Shown piece by piece: positions 29,416-38,134 of a stretch of DNA of 64,000 nucleotides (positions are counted from its first letter, which is position 1; each line of letters begins with the position of its first letter). This DNA comes from an uncultured Alphaproteobacteria bacterium. GTDB lineage: Bacteria; Pseudomonadota; Alphaproteobacteria; UBA6615. The notes under the pieces are model-generated. The model saw nothing but the letters and a program-made list of their open reading frames with translations. It was not told the origin of the DNA and ran no database searches. Where the stretch lies: contig CALSML010000001.1 of the NCBI GenBank assembly GCA_943787445.1, forward strand, positions 57,408 to 121,407, in the 5' to 3' direction. A program made the translations under genes and the position numbers.

Positions 29416-29576
29416 ATCTACCTTCTAGTTGAATTTAAAAAATAAGATTATAGGACTTTTTTTGATGAGATTCAAAATAAAAATTTTGACCAACAAAGAT
29501 GTTAGTCCCATTTTGTTGGATTACTAATCATGTTTAGTTTTTTCATCAGGTATCAAACACGGGAGTCCAAAATAAT

Positions 29577-29954
29577 ATGGTTAATTCACTGACAGGAGCA
29601 CTCGCTGAGGGCGATCTAAGCCTCATAACTCTTAAGGCGCTGCTGGATAATAGCTTCGATTCAATCCTAATCACGGATTCAACCAAGGCTGGAAAAATTC
29701 TTTATACCAATAACGGTTTTAAGGTTTTGACCGGTTACTAAACAAAAGAAGTGATTGGGAAAAACTCCCGTATTTTGCAAGGCACGGCCACCGACAAAAA
29801 GGTACTGGAGCGTCTCCGCAAGGCCCTCACGGATGGAAAGCCGTTCGAAGGCCGAGCGATAAACTACAAGAAGAACGGAACTCCCTTCATCATGCATTGG
29901 CGCGTTGTCCCGGTTAAAGTCGGTCGCAATACAAAGGTATGGTTGGCGATCTAG
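29577..29954 (+). pseudogene. Short LOV-like PAS domain gene interrupted by in-frame TAA (29739..29741). The LOV cysteine is replaced by Ser (NSRILQG).
   Basis: ITDSTKAGKILYTNNGFKVLTGY-*-TKEVIGKNSRILQGTATDKKVLERLRKALTDGKPFEGRAINYKKNGTPFIMHWRVVPV parallels LOV ITD...[27 protein letters not shown]...NYRKDG. Both parts are in the same frame (29577 and 29751 both ≡ 0 mod 3). Confidence 0.6.
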
Positions 29955-30127
29955 CGAGAAGGTTCGGCAGTCAAGTAGTCTTGGCGTCGCCGGTTCAAAA
30001 ATGACCTTCAAAAGTTTGTCATTAAGCTAACCCAGCATTCGGGCAAGGTCTTCCGGTCTCAGCTGGACGTACCGCTGAAGCATCCTGAGGTCCTTGTGGC
30101 CGGTTATCGCTGCCACCTCCATCACGC

Positions 30128-31012
30128 CTAGCCCTTTCTCGAAGAACCGGTTGTTGCCTCATGTCTGAGGTCATGGAACCGAAGACCTGTTATGTCGGCT
30201 CTTCTGGTTGCCCGGCGCCATAGTCCCTTCAGGGCCTCAGGATGGACTGGGATCACCCCACCAGAGATAGACCTTGGTAAGGCCTCGATGGTTTGTCGTG
30301 CCACTGGAGACAGCGGGACATCTCGGCTTGTTCCATTCTTGGTCAGTGCGAGATGGACATAGTTCTGGTCGAGGTGGAGATCATCCCAATCCAGACCGAG
30401 TAACTCACCACGTCGCATGGCTGTCTCAATGGCTAGGGTGACCAGAGGGGCGAGGTAGGGATTGTCTGATGCCTGACATGCCATCATCAATCGTTGCCCC
30501 TCATCACCCTCCAGCCTTCGAGTTCTCCCCTTGGGCTGTGTCGGCTTTCGGAGGTTGGCTGCGGGATTGCCGGGAAGATTGAACCCCCACTCGGACATCG
30601 CAATACGGATAGCGTGGCTGATGATCGAAAGATCACGATTACAAGCAGATGCACCGACTTCGCTCAGTCTTTCGTCTCTATACCGAGCTAGGTGGCCGGA
30701 GTTTAGTTTGGAGAGCCAAATATTCCCAAGCCATAATTTTTGTAGTCTCGCGACAACATAAGATTCTTTATCATAACCCCTCTTCAGAGGCGAAATCTCT
30801 CGTCCATAACGGTCCAGTATATCCCTGACCATACAGTCATTGGTGATTAGGTGACCAAGGTCGATTTGTCGTTCTGTCTCAATCGCCCATTTTTGCGCAT
30901 CTAAATGTAAGTCGAACGTTTTTGTTTGGCTTGGTATTCCAAGACGCCTTATTCGAACTGTGTACCGGCCTTTTCGTTTCATTATTGCTGGCAATTCCAA
31001 CTCCGTTGTCAC
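30128..31012 (-). pseudogene. int: Tyrosine-type site-specific integrase, C-terminally frameshifted. The catalytic Tyr region lies out of frame.
   Basis: Core ...GELLGLDWDDL...VHLALTKNGTSRDVPL...GLRFHDLRHEAT, then a premature stop. The -1 frame continues (N)RFFEKGLGVMEVAAITGHKDLRMLQRYVQLRPEDLARMLG*, which is the typical integrase C-terminus with the RY catalytic tyrosine, ending about 30048. An alternative ATG start (MKRKGRYT) is at 30982. Confidence 0.75.
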
Positions 31013-31132
31013 AGGAGTGGTACAAGCAAATACCCCTATACATTTTCCATCTGTCGGCGAACGGGGGTCGCCGGGAAAAATGCTTAGAAATCAAAACTTA
31101 ATGGCTGAGAAAGTGCATTTGGTCTGCGTGAC

Positions 31133-31159
31133 TCGAACCTGCGACCCCCGCATTACGAA
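31133..31159. repeat. Right copy of the 27-bp direct repeat. It lies within a degenerate tRNA-Thr-like remnant (about 31120..31196). Putative attR.
   Basis: Exact 27/27 match. The flanks (tggtctgcgtgac ... gacagtgctcta ... gaagcactaggaagcc) align imperfectly with the tRNA 3' and 5' parts. Confidence 0.75.
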
Positions 31160-31259
31160 GACAGTGCTCTAAAAAAAGAAGCACTAGGAAGCCTATGCTG
31201 TTTTTCACATAACCTACTGAACAATCGAGAGAATCATATCCTGTCCGTCGTCATATAAA

Positions 31260-31706
31260 TTGAAACAATCTGCGGCCTGGCAGATGGTCGCCCGGCCGGA
31301 TCACTGTTTGTCCCCAGCATTCCGAAAAGGGCTGGAGGAACTGGAGGCCAGAGGTCTGCATTTCGAACTGCAGGGATTTGCCAATCAGTTCGAGGATTTT
31401 GCCACACTTGTCTCGGGGCATCCGGGGTTGAAATTCTGCCTCGTGCATGCCGGACTGCTCACTGGCGACGGCCCCGCCACATATGATGTCTGGTACCGGG
31501 CGCTCGAGCCGCTGGCCGCGCTGGACAATCTCTGGGTCAAATGTTCCGGCGCCAACAATGTGCACTGGGGCGCGCCCCGTCCGGTCGAGGCCGTCGCGCG
31601 ACAGTACAATGCCCTGATCGATCTGTTCGGGGTCGCGCGGTCAGCAGCGGACCAGCAGGCCTTTTTTCATGATGCTGCAGCGGCGTTTTATCGACTCGAT
31701 GAATAA
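31260..31706 (+). pseudogene. 5'-truncated amidohydrolase-2 family gene (C-terminal ~150 aa only) at the island boundary
   Basis: LKFCLVHAGLLTG...NLWVKCSGANNVH resemble C-terminal motifs of the PF04909 amidohydrolase family. The N-terminal ~140 aa are absent, and the GC shift occurs at the ORF start. Confidence 0.5.
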
Positions 31707-31715
31707 CCAAGACGT

Positions 31716-32462
31716 CTAATTTAGCAGTGTTTTCTTTAGCCAGGGGCCGACGAGATCAATGATGGCGTCCTCGCGCCCTTTGTAGAAATGGTCACAATTC
31801 TCGACGACCACCACATCGCAGGGACCGTTGCTGCCAGCTGCAAAGTCTTCGGCCGGGTAGGATTCGCGGCTCTCTTCGTCACCACGAATATAAAGCGTCG
31901 GGCAACTAATTTCGGGCGCGGTATCAACGGTACTGGGCATTGTCGTCAGCCGATCATAGTAGGATTCCGCTGATGCGACATACCACCGGCCGGGCAGAAG
32001 CATCAGCTCTGACCCGCGGCCCTCTGCAATCATCGCTTCAGCCTGGGCGCGGAGTTCGGGTGTGCGCCCGCCGCCGAGAAGTCCGGTTTTCATTGCAAGG
32101 GTTTGCGCTGTGGAACTTCCGGCATGCGCGGAGAGCAGAACCAGTGCCGGAGTTTCGGGATGTTTTGCCACGTGCTGGACACTCAGGAATCCGCCATTGC
32201 TGTGACCGATGACGACAGGCGCGTCATACCCCTTGTCGCGCAGCCAGCTGGCTGCGTATTCGTTGTCCGCGATGGCTTCAGCGGTCGTTTGAAACGCCGC
32301 GCCCTCAGCGGCCCGGCTGTCGCGGACACTCAGGATGTCGTGACCGCGCCGGTTGAACGCCAGACAGGCGAAACCCAGGGCTGTCAGCGAGGGCGGCCCC
32401 GACGATCGGGCCTTTATCCGGGAGATGCCAGGCCCCGTCGAGCGGCAGTGTATCGGTCTCAT
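31716..32462 (-). CDS. Alpha/beta hydrolase fold protein
   Basis: GHSNGG nucleophile elbow and alpha/beta hydrolase length. The N-terminus is uncertain. Confidence 0.6.
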   Translation of the reverse strand: MRPIHCRSTGPGISRIKARSSGPPSLTALGFACLAFNRRGHDILSVRDSRAAEGAAFQTTAEAIADNEYAASWLRDKGYDAPVVIGHSNGGFLSVQHVAKHPETPALVLLSAHAGSSTAQTLAMKTGLLGGGRTPELRAQAEAMIAEGRGSELMLLPGRWYVASAESYYDRLTTMPSTVDTAPEISCPTLYIRGDEESRESYPAEDFAAGSNGPCDVVVVENCDHFYKGREDAIIDLVGPWLKKTLLN

Positions 32463-32589
32463 TGGAAATGAGTTCGGTTCGCAAGAGAAGTGCTCCTGAA
32501 TGAAAGTGTGGACTGGTCCAGCTGCCAGACAATTCGTACTCTAGTGAATTCAGTGTTCGCGATATATGAACAGCAATGCGGGGGTGCCA

Positions 32590-33356
32590 TGCACGAACAG
32601 ACTATCTCGGTCGAGACAACCGACGGCATCATGAAGACATTTCTGGTCCATTCCGAGGAGGGTGGCCCCTTTGCGCCGGTCGTGCTGTTCATGGATGTCT
32701 GGGGCATTCGCGAGCAGTTGTTCGATATCGCCCGGCATATTGCTTCCGTGGGCTACGCGGTTGCCGTACCGAATCTCTACTACCGGAAGGGCGAGGTCTT
32801 TTTCGATTATCGTCAGCCCGATGGACGGACCACGTCCCTGAAAGACCTGCCCGAGGATGAGCAGCAGAAAATTCAGGAGTTCCGGTTGCATCTGAGTGAT
32901 GCCATGGCGGTGGCTGATACCGGCGCGTTGATGGCGCGTCTGGGCACGGAGGATGCGATCCGTCCCGGGCCGGTGGGGTCCATCGGCTACTGCATGGGCG
33001 GGCGGCATGTGCTGCGTGTTGCTGCGGCCTATCCGGAGTTGTTTCAGGCCAGCGCAAGTTTGCACCCCACCCGTCTGGTGGTTGAAGGTTCCGATTCACC
33101 GCATCGGGATGCGGGTGAAATTCGCGGCGAATACTACAGCGGGTTTGGCAGTGAGGATCACTACACGCCGCCCGAGGTCATCGCGGGGGTCCGGGCCGCC
33201 TTCAACGGTCAACCTGCAACCTATTCCGATACGCTCCACGAAGGCGTGCCCCATGGCTACGCAATCCCCGACCGGGATGTCTATGCCAAGCACGCAGCCT
33301 TTCGGGACTGGGAACTGATCTTCGCGATGTATGACCGGGTGCTGCGCGGACGTTAG
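32590..33356 (+). CDS. Dienelactone hydrolase family protein
   Basis: VVLFMDVWGIREQLFDIARHIASVGYAVAVPNLYYR and the GYCMGG nucleophile motif. Confidence 0.75.
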
Positions 33357-33360
33357 ACGT

Positions 33361-33903
33361 TTATCCTTGGTTCAGGGCTGCGACCTTGTCCTGCATGGGT
33401 TTGCCCATGAAGTCGATCTTGCCGATCTGGACGCCTTCGGCGCGGAGTAGATCATAGGCCGTCGTGACATGGAAAAAGACCTGGGGGTTGGCGAAGTGAA
33501 CCAGATGCTCCAGAGCGCCAAAGGTGAGTTCTTCCAGGCGCGTCTTGACCTGTACCTCCCGGTCCGGATCTCCCTCCATCGCGTCGGCGGAGATGCCGGC
33601 GAAAAACGCGATGGTATCAGCAATGCGTGTCTGCGCGCTGGCGATGTCCGCATCCGGTTCCATGTTGATTTCCGGCGGCGCGACGTTGGCAAGGCGGGCA
33701 ACCGCGAGCGTGGCATGAAGGCAGGCCTGGCGGATTTGCTCGGCCAGATTCAGCATGTCCGGCGCAAACCGGCGGCCCATGAGTTCACCTTCGTCGAGGC
33801 CGGATGCCCCGGCAAATTCCGCTGCGCGGCCAAGCACAACATCAAGGCTGGTCAGCATCTGCTGGTAGGCGGGGACGGAAATGGCATACATCGAAATGGA
33901 CAT
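33361..33903 (-). CDS. DUF1993 domain protein
   Basis: MSISMYAISVPAYQQMLTSLDVVLGRAAEFA is the typical DUF1993 N-terminus. Confidence 0.6.
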   Translation of the reverse strand: MSISMYAISVPAYQQMLTSLDVVLGRAAEFAGASGLDEGELMGRRFAPDMLNLAEQIRQACLHATLAVARLANVAPPEINMEPDADIASAQTRIADTIAFFAGISADAMEGDPDREVQVKTRLEELTFGALEHLVHFANPQVFFHVTTAYDLLRAEGVQIGKIDFMGKPMQDKVAALNQG

Positions 33904-33928
33904 GTTCTGTGTTCCCGAAATTCTGGGG

Positions 33929-34852
33929 TTAGTCGAAACTGAAACCAATGGTCCGACAGCGGAAATAGAGGCCACCATCCTGCACCACGAGGCTGAGCAT
34001 CATTTCGTCCCCCTCGTTGTGATGTTCGTGGCGTTCGGCCGGCGGTGTGATCATCAGCGCGTATTGCTGCCAGTCGAGACGATTTCCCTCGATCACGGAA
34101 TACACGCCCTGAGACTGGATAGGCAGAGTCAGAGCAACCGAATTGTGCCGGTGGGGGCGCTGGACATTTCCCGGGCCCAGCGCGTTCATGGCCAGTTTGA
34201 TGGTGGGATGGGCGGCATCAGCTTGGCCATCTTTCTCGCTGGTCAGATGCAGGGCCATTCCCGAGGCATTCGGGTCCGCCTTCTGGGCTTCGCGCACCGC
34301 TTTCATCTGCGCAAGAATATTTGCCAGAGGGTAGCGCACCGCCTGAGTCGGAGCGTCTTCCGGAGCCGGTGTGGCCAGACCATGAAAGGCGAGTTCGGGC
34401 TCGTTGGTGGTCTGGAACAGGACAGTATCATCCGCGCCGGCGGTCAGGATGGTCTCTCCGCCACCGGGCAGCGAGAATACATCACCGGCCTGCCACGGGA
34501 AGCTCTCTGCACCCTTGGTGGCCTGTCCGGCACCCTGGATCACATAGTAGAACTCGCCGCTGGCCGGGAATGAGCCGGTCAGGGATTCGCCCGCGCGAAT
34601 GCGTGCGTAACGCGCCAACATGAGGGGTGTCGTGGCTGGCGTGGTAAGGCCGATCTGTGCGCTGATATCCAGGGTGATCCAGTCGGTTGTGTTGGTGGGT
34701 GCCATGGCCTGATCGCGTTCATCGGCAAAGATGTGTTGCGGGATCGCCGGGCGTTCCACCTTGAAGATATTGGCAGGGCTGTAATAGCGCGCACGGCCGA
34801 CAGGTGTGTCGGCTTGTGCCAGTGTGTTGGCCTGTGGTGTTGATCCGTCCAT
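33929..34852 (-). CDS. Bicupin protein (gentisate 1,2-dioxygenase-like cupin)
   Basis: Two cupin modules, with HRHNSVALTLPIQSQG in the second module. Confidence 0.6.
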   Translation of the reverse strand: MDGSTPQANTLAQADTPVGRARYYSPANIFKVERPAIPQHIFADERDQAMAPTNTTDWITLDISAQIGLTTPATTPLMLARYARIRAGESLTGSFPASGEFYYVIQGAGQATKGAESFPWQAGDVFSLPGGGETILTAGADDTVLFQTTNEPELAFHGLATPAPEDAPTQAVRYPLANILAQMKAVREAQKADPNASGMALHLTSEKDGQADAAHPTIKLAMNALGPGNVQRPHRHNSVALTLPIQSQGVYSVIEGNRLDWQQYALMITPPAERHEHHNEGDEMMLSLVVQDGGLYFRCRTIGFSFD

Positions 34853-34959
34853 GGCTGATCCTCCCCGATGACAGGCGAAGTCTAGTCCAACCCGGGGCCT
34901 ACACCAATGGACTTGACCCGCTGGTGTCAGCCCCGTTCACTGGGATTGAGGAATTTTTC

Positions 34960-36135
34960 ATGACCGAAGCTGCCGTAATCTCATCTGATCTGAAGTCTCG
35001 TGCCGAAGCCATGGTGCCGCACCTGATGGCCCGTGCCACGGAAACCGAAGCTCTGCGTCGGATTCCCGATGAGACCATTGCCGAACTCAAGACGGCCGGT
35101 CTGCACCGCATCTGTCAGCCGGCCCGGCTCGGCGGGTTCGAAACGCCCCTTGATGAGGCCTGCGATATTGTTGCAACCCTCTCCGGGGGCTGTTCTTCGA
35201 CCGGCTGGGTCACCGGGGTCTACACCGATCATCAGATTCTGGTTGGCATGTTCGATTCGAAGGCCGCTGATGATGTCTGGGGTGACGATCCTGACAATCT
35301 GGTGTCCGCCGGGTTCACACCATCCGGCAAGGCCGAACCGGTCGAAGGGGGCTGGCAGGTGACCGGCCGCTGGGGTTGGTCGAGCGGCTGCGATCATGCG
35401 GGCTGGCTGATTGTGGTGACACTCCTGCCAAGCGGACCGGAGGGTGAGGCGGAACCGAATTATTGTCTGGTGCCCCGTTCGGACGTGACGATCACCGATA
35501 ACTGGCAGGTGATGGGTCTGGCCGGAACCGGCAGCAAGACCATTTCGGTCGAGAATGCCTTTGTGCCAGCTTATCGAACATTGCCGGGACGCCTTGCTGC
35601 GGCGGGCGGGGCGCAGCGCGGCCAGGCTGATGCACCGGCGTTGTACCGTCTGCCCCATCCACCCTGCGTGCCGTTCCTGTTGGTCACCCCGTCACTGGGA
35701 ATTGCCGAAAGCCTGCTGGCACTGCTGACCGAGGAAATGTCGACCCGCGCCTCACGGGGTGTTCCGATTGCGGAGTATCAGAGCCTGCAATTGCATATTG
35801 CGGAATCCGCCGCTGAAATCGACAGCGCCCGCCTGTTGCTGATGCGTGATACGGGAGAAGCCATGGCGGCGATGGAAGCCGGGTTCGAGATCACGCTCAC
35901 GGAGCGGTCACGCAACCGCCGCGATCATGCCTATGTGGTTCGCCTCTGCCGGCAGGCAGTCGATCGCCTGTTCACGGCTGTGGGCGGACAAGGTGTGTTT
36001 CTCGACAATGTGGCCCAGCGAAAGTTTCGAGATATACATGCCATGAGCGGGCATCTTGCCCTCAACTGGGATATTGCGGGAACAACCTATGGGCGCGTTG
36101 CCCTGGGTCTCGAGCCTGCGGCAAGGCTGATCTGA
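34960..36135 (+). CDS. Acyl-CoA dehydrogenase-fold flavin-dependent monooxygenase (group D, HsaA/HpaH-like oxygenase component)
   Basis: ACAD-like architecture: an N-terminal helical domain, a middle beta domain (QVTGRWGWSSG), and a C-terminal helical domain. RBS GAGGAA. Confidence 0.65.
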   Translation: MTEAAVISSDLKSRAEAMVPHLMARATETEALRRIPDETIAELKTAGLHRICQPARLGGFETPLDEACDIVATLSGGCSSTGWVTGVYTDHQILVGMFDSKAADDVWGDDPDNLVSAGFTPSGKAEPVEGGWQVTGRWGWSSGCDHAGWLIVVTLLPSGPEGEAEPNYCLVPRSDVTITDNWQVMGLAGTGSKTISVENAFVPAYRTLPGRLAAAGGAQRGQADAPALYRLPHPPCVPFLLVTPSLGIAESLLALLTEEMSTRASRGVPIAEYQSLQLHIAESAAEIDSARLLLMRDTGEAMAAMEAGFEITLTERSRNRRDHAYVVRLCRQAVDRLFTAVGGQGVFLDNVAQRKFRDIHAMSGHLALNWDIAGTTYGRVALGLEPAARLI

Positions 36136-36139
36136 ATTC

Positions 36140-36523
36140 ATGTTCTATGAGAATCACTCCACGCTGGAGATGGTTGGCCAGCTGATGGTCGCGACCCTGT
36201 TCGTCGGCATGCTGGCGATCAATGCAACCACCAAGGTCAAGCAGCACGCGGACCGTATGGCCGTGATGGGCATTCCGATGCCAATGGTCACTTTGTGGGC
36301 CGGGTTTGCGCTACAGGCGGTAGGGGGCGTCATGGTGATGCTCGACTGGCATACCCATATCGGCGCCATCATTCTGATCGTGTTCACCGTGCTGGCGAGC
36401 GCGATCTTTCATCGCTTCTGGACCATGGATGACCCGCTGCGGCGTCACATGCACCTGTCGATCCTGTTTTCGAATGTCGCCGTGGTGGGTGCGCTGCTGT
36501 TGCTGATGCAGTTTCCGCGTTAG
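36140..36523 (+). CDS. DoxX family membrane protein
   Basis: 127 aa, four TM segments with a DoxX-like pattern. Confidence 0.65.
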   Translation: MFYENHSTLEMVGQLMVATLFVGMLAINATTKVKQHADRMAVMGIPMPMVTLWAGFALQAVGGVMVMLDWHTHIGAIILIVFTVLASAIFHRFWTMDDPLRRHMHLSILFSNVAVVGALLLLMQFPR

Positions 36524-37446
36524 CGGTTTTTCGCCGCTTCCAGATATCGGGTGTCGATATAATGCTCGGGACCGTGCAGATCGTCCGGTGCCGGGCCGAA
36601 CTCGGCACGCAGGTCGAGCACCTTGGCAATGCCCGGCATATCGAAACAGCCATCGCGCTGAAACCCGGTCTCGGCATCCAGAAACACGTTGCAGGCTGCA
36701 TCGGCCACGTCGCGCGACATCTGGGGCATATTGGCGGTGATCAGGTCGAGGGATTCAGAACGATTCCCGGCGTCGCAGCACCAGTTCACAGCTTCCAGAT
36801 AGGCGGCGATGAAGCCGGCGAGGGTTTCGGCGTTCTCTTCGGCCCAGGCAATGCGGGCGCCGCCCACAAGGCCCTGATAACTGTCGAGCACATCTGAGGC
36901 CCGGGCCAGAATATGGTGGCCTTTGGATGCGCCCAGCACCTCGAAGGGAGTGACCTGAAGGGTGCCCTTCTGTTCCGGGTGCTCCATCATTTCCTGCCAG
37001 CGTTGCAACACGCCGCCGGTGGACATCCACTCGATTTCGTCTTCGCGGATTCCGTTGAGAGCGAGCATGCGGCGCAGCACGAAGGCGAAACCGGTGGTCA
37101 TGGCATCGACGGTCAAAATCTTTCCGCGCAGATCCTCGAAGCTCTGAATATCGGGTTGCACCACGAGGCGCAGGAACGCATCGTCGGACCCCATGAAGGC
37201 AAAGAAATCCGTGTCACCTTCGGCGCAGACTTCGCCCTGTTTTTCCCGATAAGCGACAATGTTGTCGATGGCGGTCATGGCGATGTCGAACTTTCCGGCG
37301 GCCAGTCCGGTCAGCTGTTCGACCGAATTGGGGGTCATCACAAGCTCGGTTTCGATCCCTCGCCGGGCGAACATGCCGTGGGCGGCACCGGCCCAGAGCG
37401 GCAGGTTGATGGCGCCCGGAAATACGTTGATAATCAGCTTCTGCAT
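36520..37446 (-). CDS. NMT1/THI5-like (SsuA/TauA-type) substrate-binding-fold protein without obvious signal peptide
   Basis: Periplasmic-binding-protein type II fold motifs. The N-terminus lacks a signal peptide. Confidence 0.55.
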   Translation of the reverse strand: MQKLIINVFPGAINLPLWAGAAHGMFARRGIETELVMTPNSVEQLTGLAAGKFDIAMTAIDNIVAYREKQGEVCAEGDTDFFAFMGSDDAFLRLVVQPDIQSFEDLRGKILTVDAMTTGFAFVLRRMLALNGIREDEIEWMSTGGVLQRWQEMMEHPEQKGTLQVTPFEVLGASKGHHILARASDVLDSYQGLVGGARIAWAEENAETLAGFIAAYLEAVNWCCDAGNRSESLDLITANMPQMSRDVADAACNVFLDAETGFQRDGCFDMPGIAKVLDLRAEFGPAPDDLHGPEHYIDTRYLEAAKNR

Positions 37447-37534
37447 GGAATGATTCCCCCTCGGTTCCGAAATATCGGTATGCCGTCATATTCGGATTTG
37501 CGCTTCGGTCTGAAAAGCGTTTTGTTGTTGAACT

Positions 37535-38131
37535 ATGGCTGAGGACGTGACGATTTTCTATGACGGCAGCAACACGATTGACGTGCGCCCGGGGCGTGCG
37601 CTGCGGCTGACCGGCGAGGCCTATCCACTGTTTCGACCGCCTGATCCGGCCAGCGTTGCCGATCCGGCCGACTGTCTGGAATTTCTCAAGAATCTGCATC
37701 TGAGTCTGTGCCCGGTCTTCGATATTCGGCTGCGTCGGTGGATGGGGCGCTACTTCGATTCAGTGGCGGAACTGGCGGATCAACAGGCCACAGAGCTGGC
37801 CCCAGTTGCCGGTCTTGATCCGGCGACCTCCCATCGTGCGTGGTGCTACGCGGCCTATCGGCCACTTTCGAATACAGTGTTTACCTGTGATGGTCAGCGG
37901 CACGCGGAACCGGTCCTGCTGTGGCTGGCTGACGGGCCGCTGGCGATCCGGTTTATACCGAGTGGTGCACCGGAAACCCTGCGGACGGTTGTTCTGGGAG
38001 ACGCGGAACTCGCAGCACCGGCAGCGACGTTCCTGGCCGCGCTCGGCGGCGACATCGACCGTTACTGGTCCGATGTCGCCGCTCCACGGCATCCGTTTGT
38101 GCGCAGCGCCCTGTCGGGGCTACGCGCTTAG
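37535..38131 (+). CDS. Hypothetical protein
   Basis: 198 aa ORF with coding-like GC3. No recognised motif. Confidence 0.35.
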   Translation: MAEDVTIFYDGSNTIDVRPGRALRLTGEAYPLFRPPDPASVADPADCLEFLKNLHLSLCPVFDIRLRRWMGRYFDSVAELADQQATELAPVAGLDPATSHRAWCYAAYRPLSNTVFTCDGQRHAEPVLLWLADGPLAIRFIPSGAPETLRTVVLGDAELAAPAATFLAALGGDIDRYWSDVAAPRHPFVRSALSGLRA

Positions 38132-38134
38132 GCG

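Larger units (their letters stand above)
26694..31270. mobile_element. AT-rich integrated genomic island adjacent to tRNA-Thr, with a degraded integrase (decaying integrative element)
   Basis: Sharp drop in GC from 26694 to about 31270. It is bounded by the intact tRNA and a degenerate tRNA-like copy that share a 27-bp perfect direct repeat. A tyrosine integrase lies at the distal end. Cargo genes have atypical composition. Confidence 0.7.

Noticed and set aside
26694-31270. CRISPR array or toxin-antitoxin modules within the AT-rich island
   Set aside because: No regularly spaced direct repeats. The small ORFs lack recognisable TA motifs.
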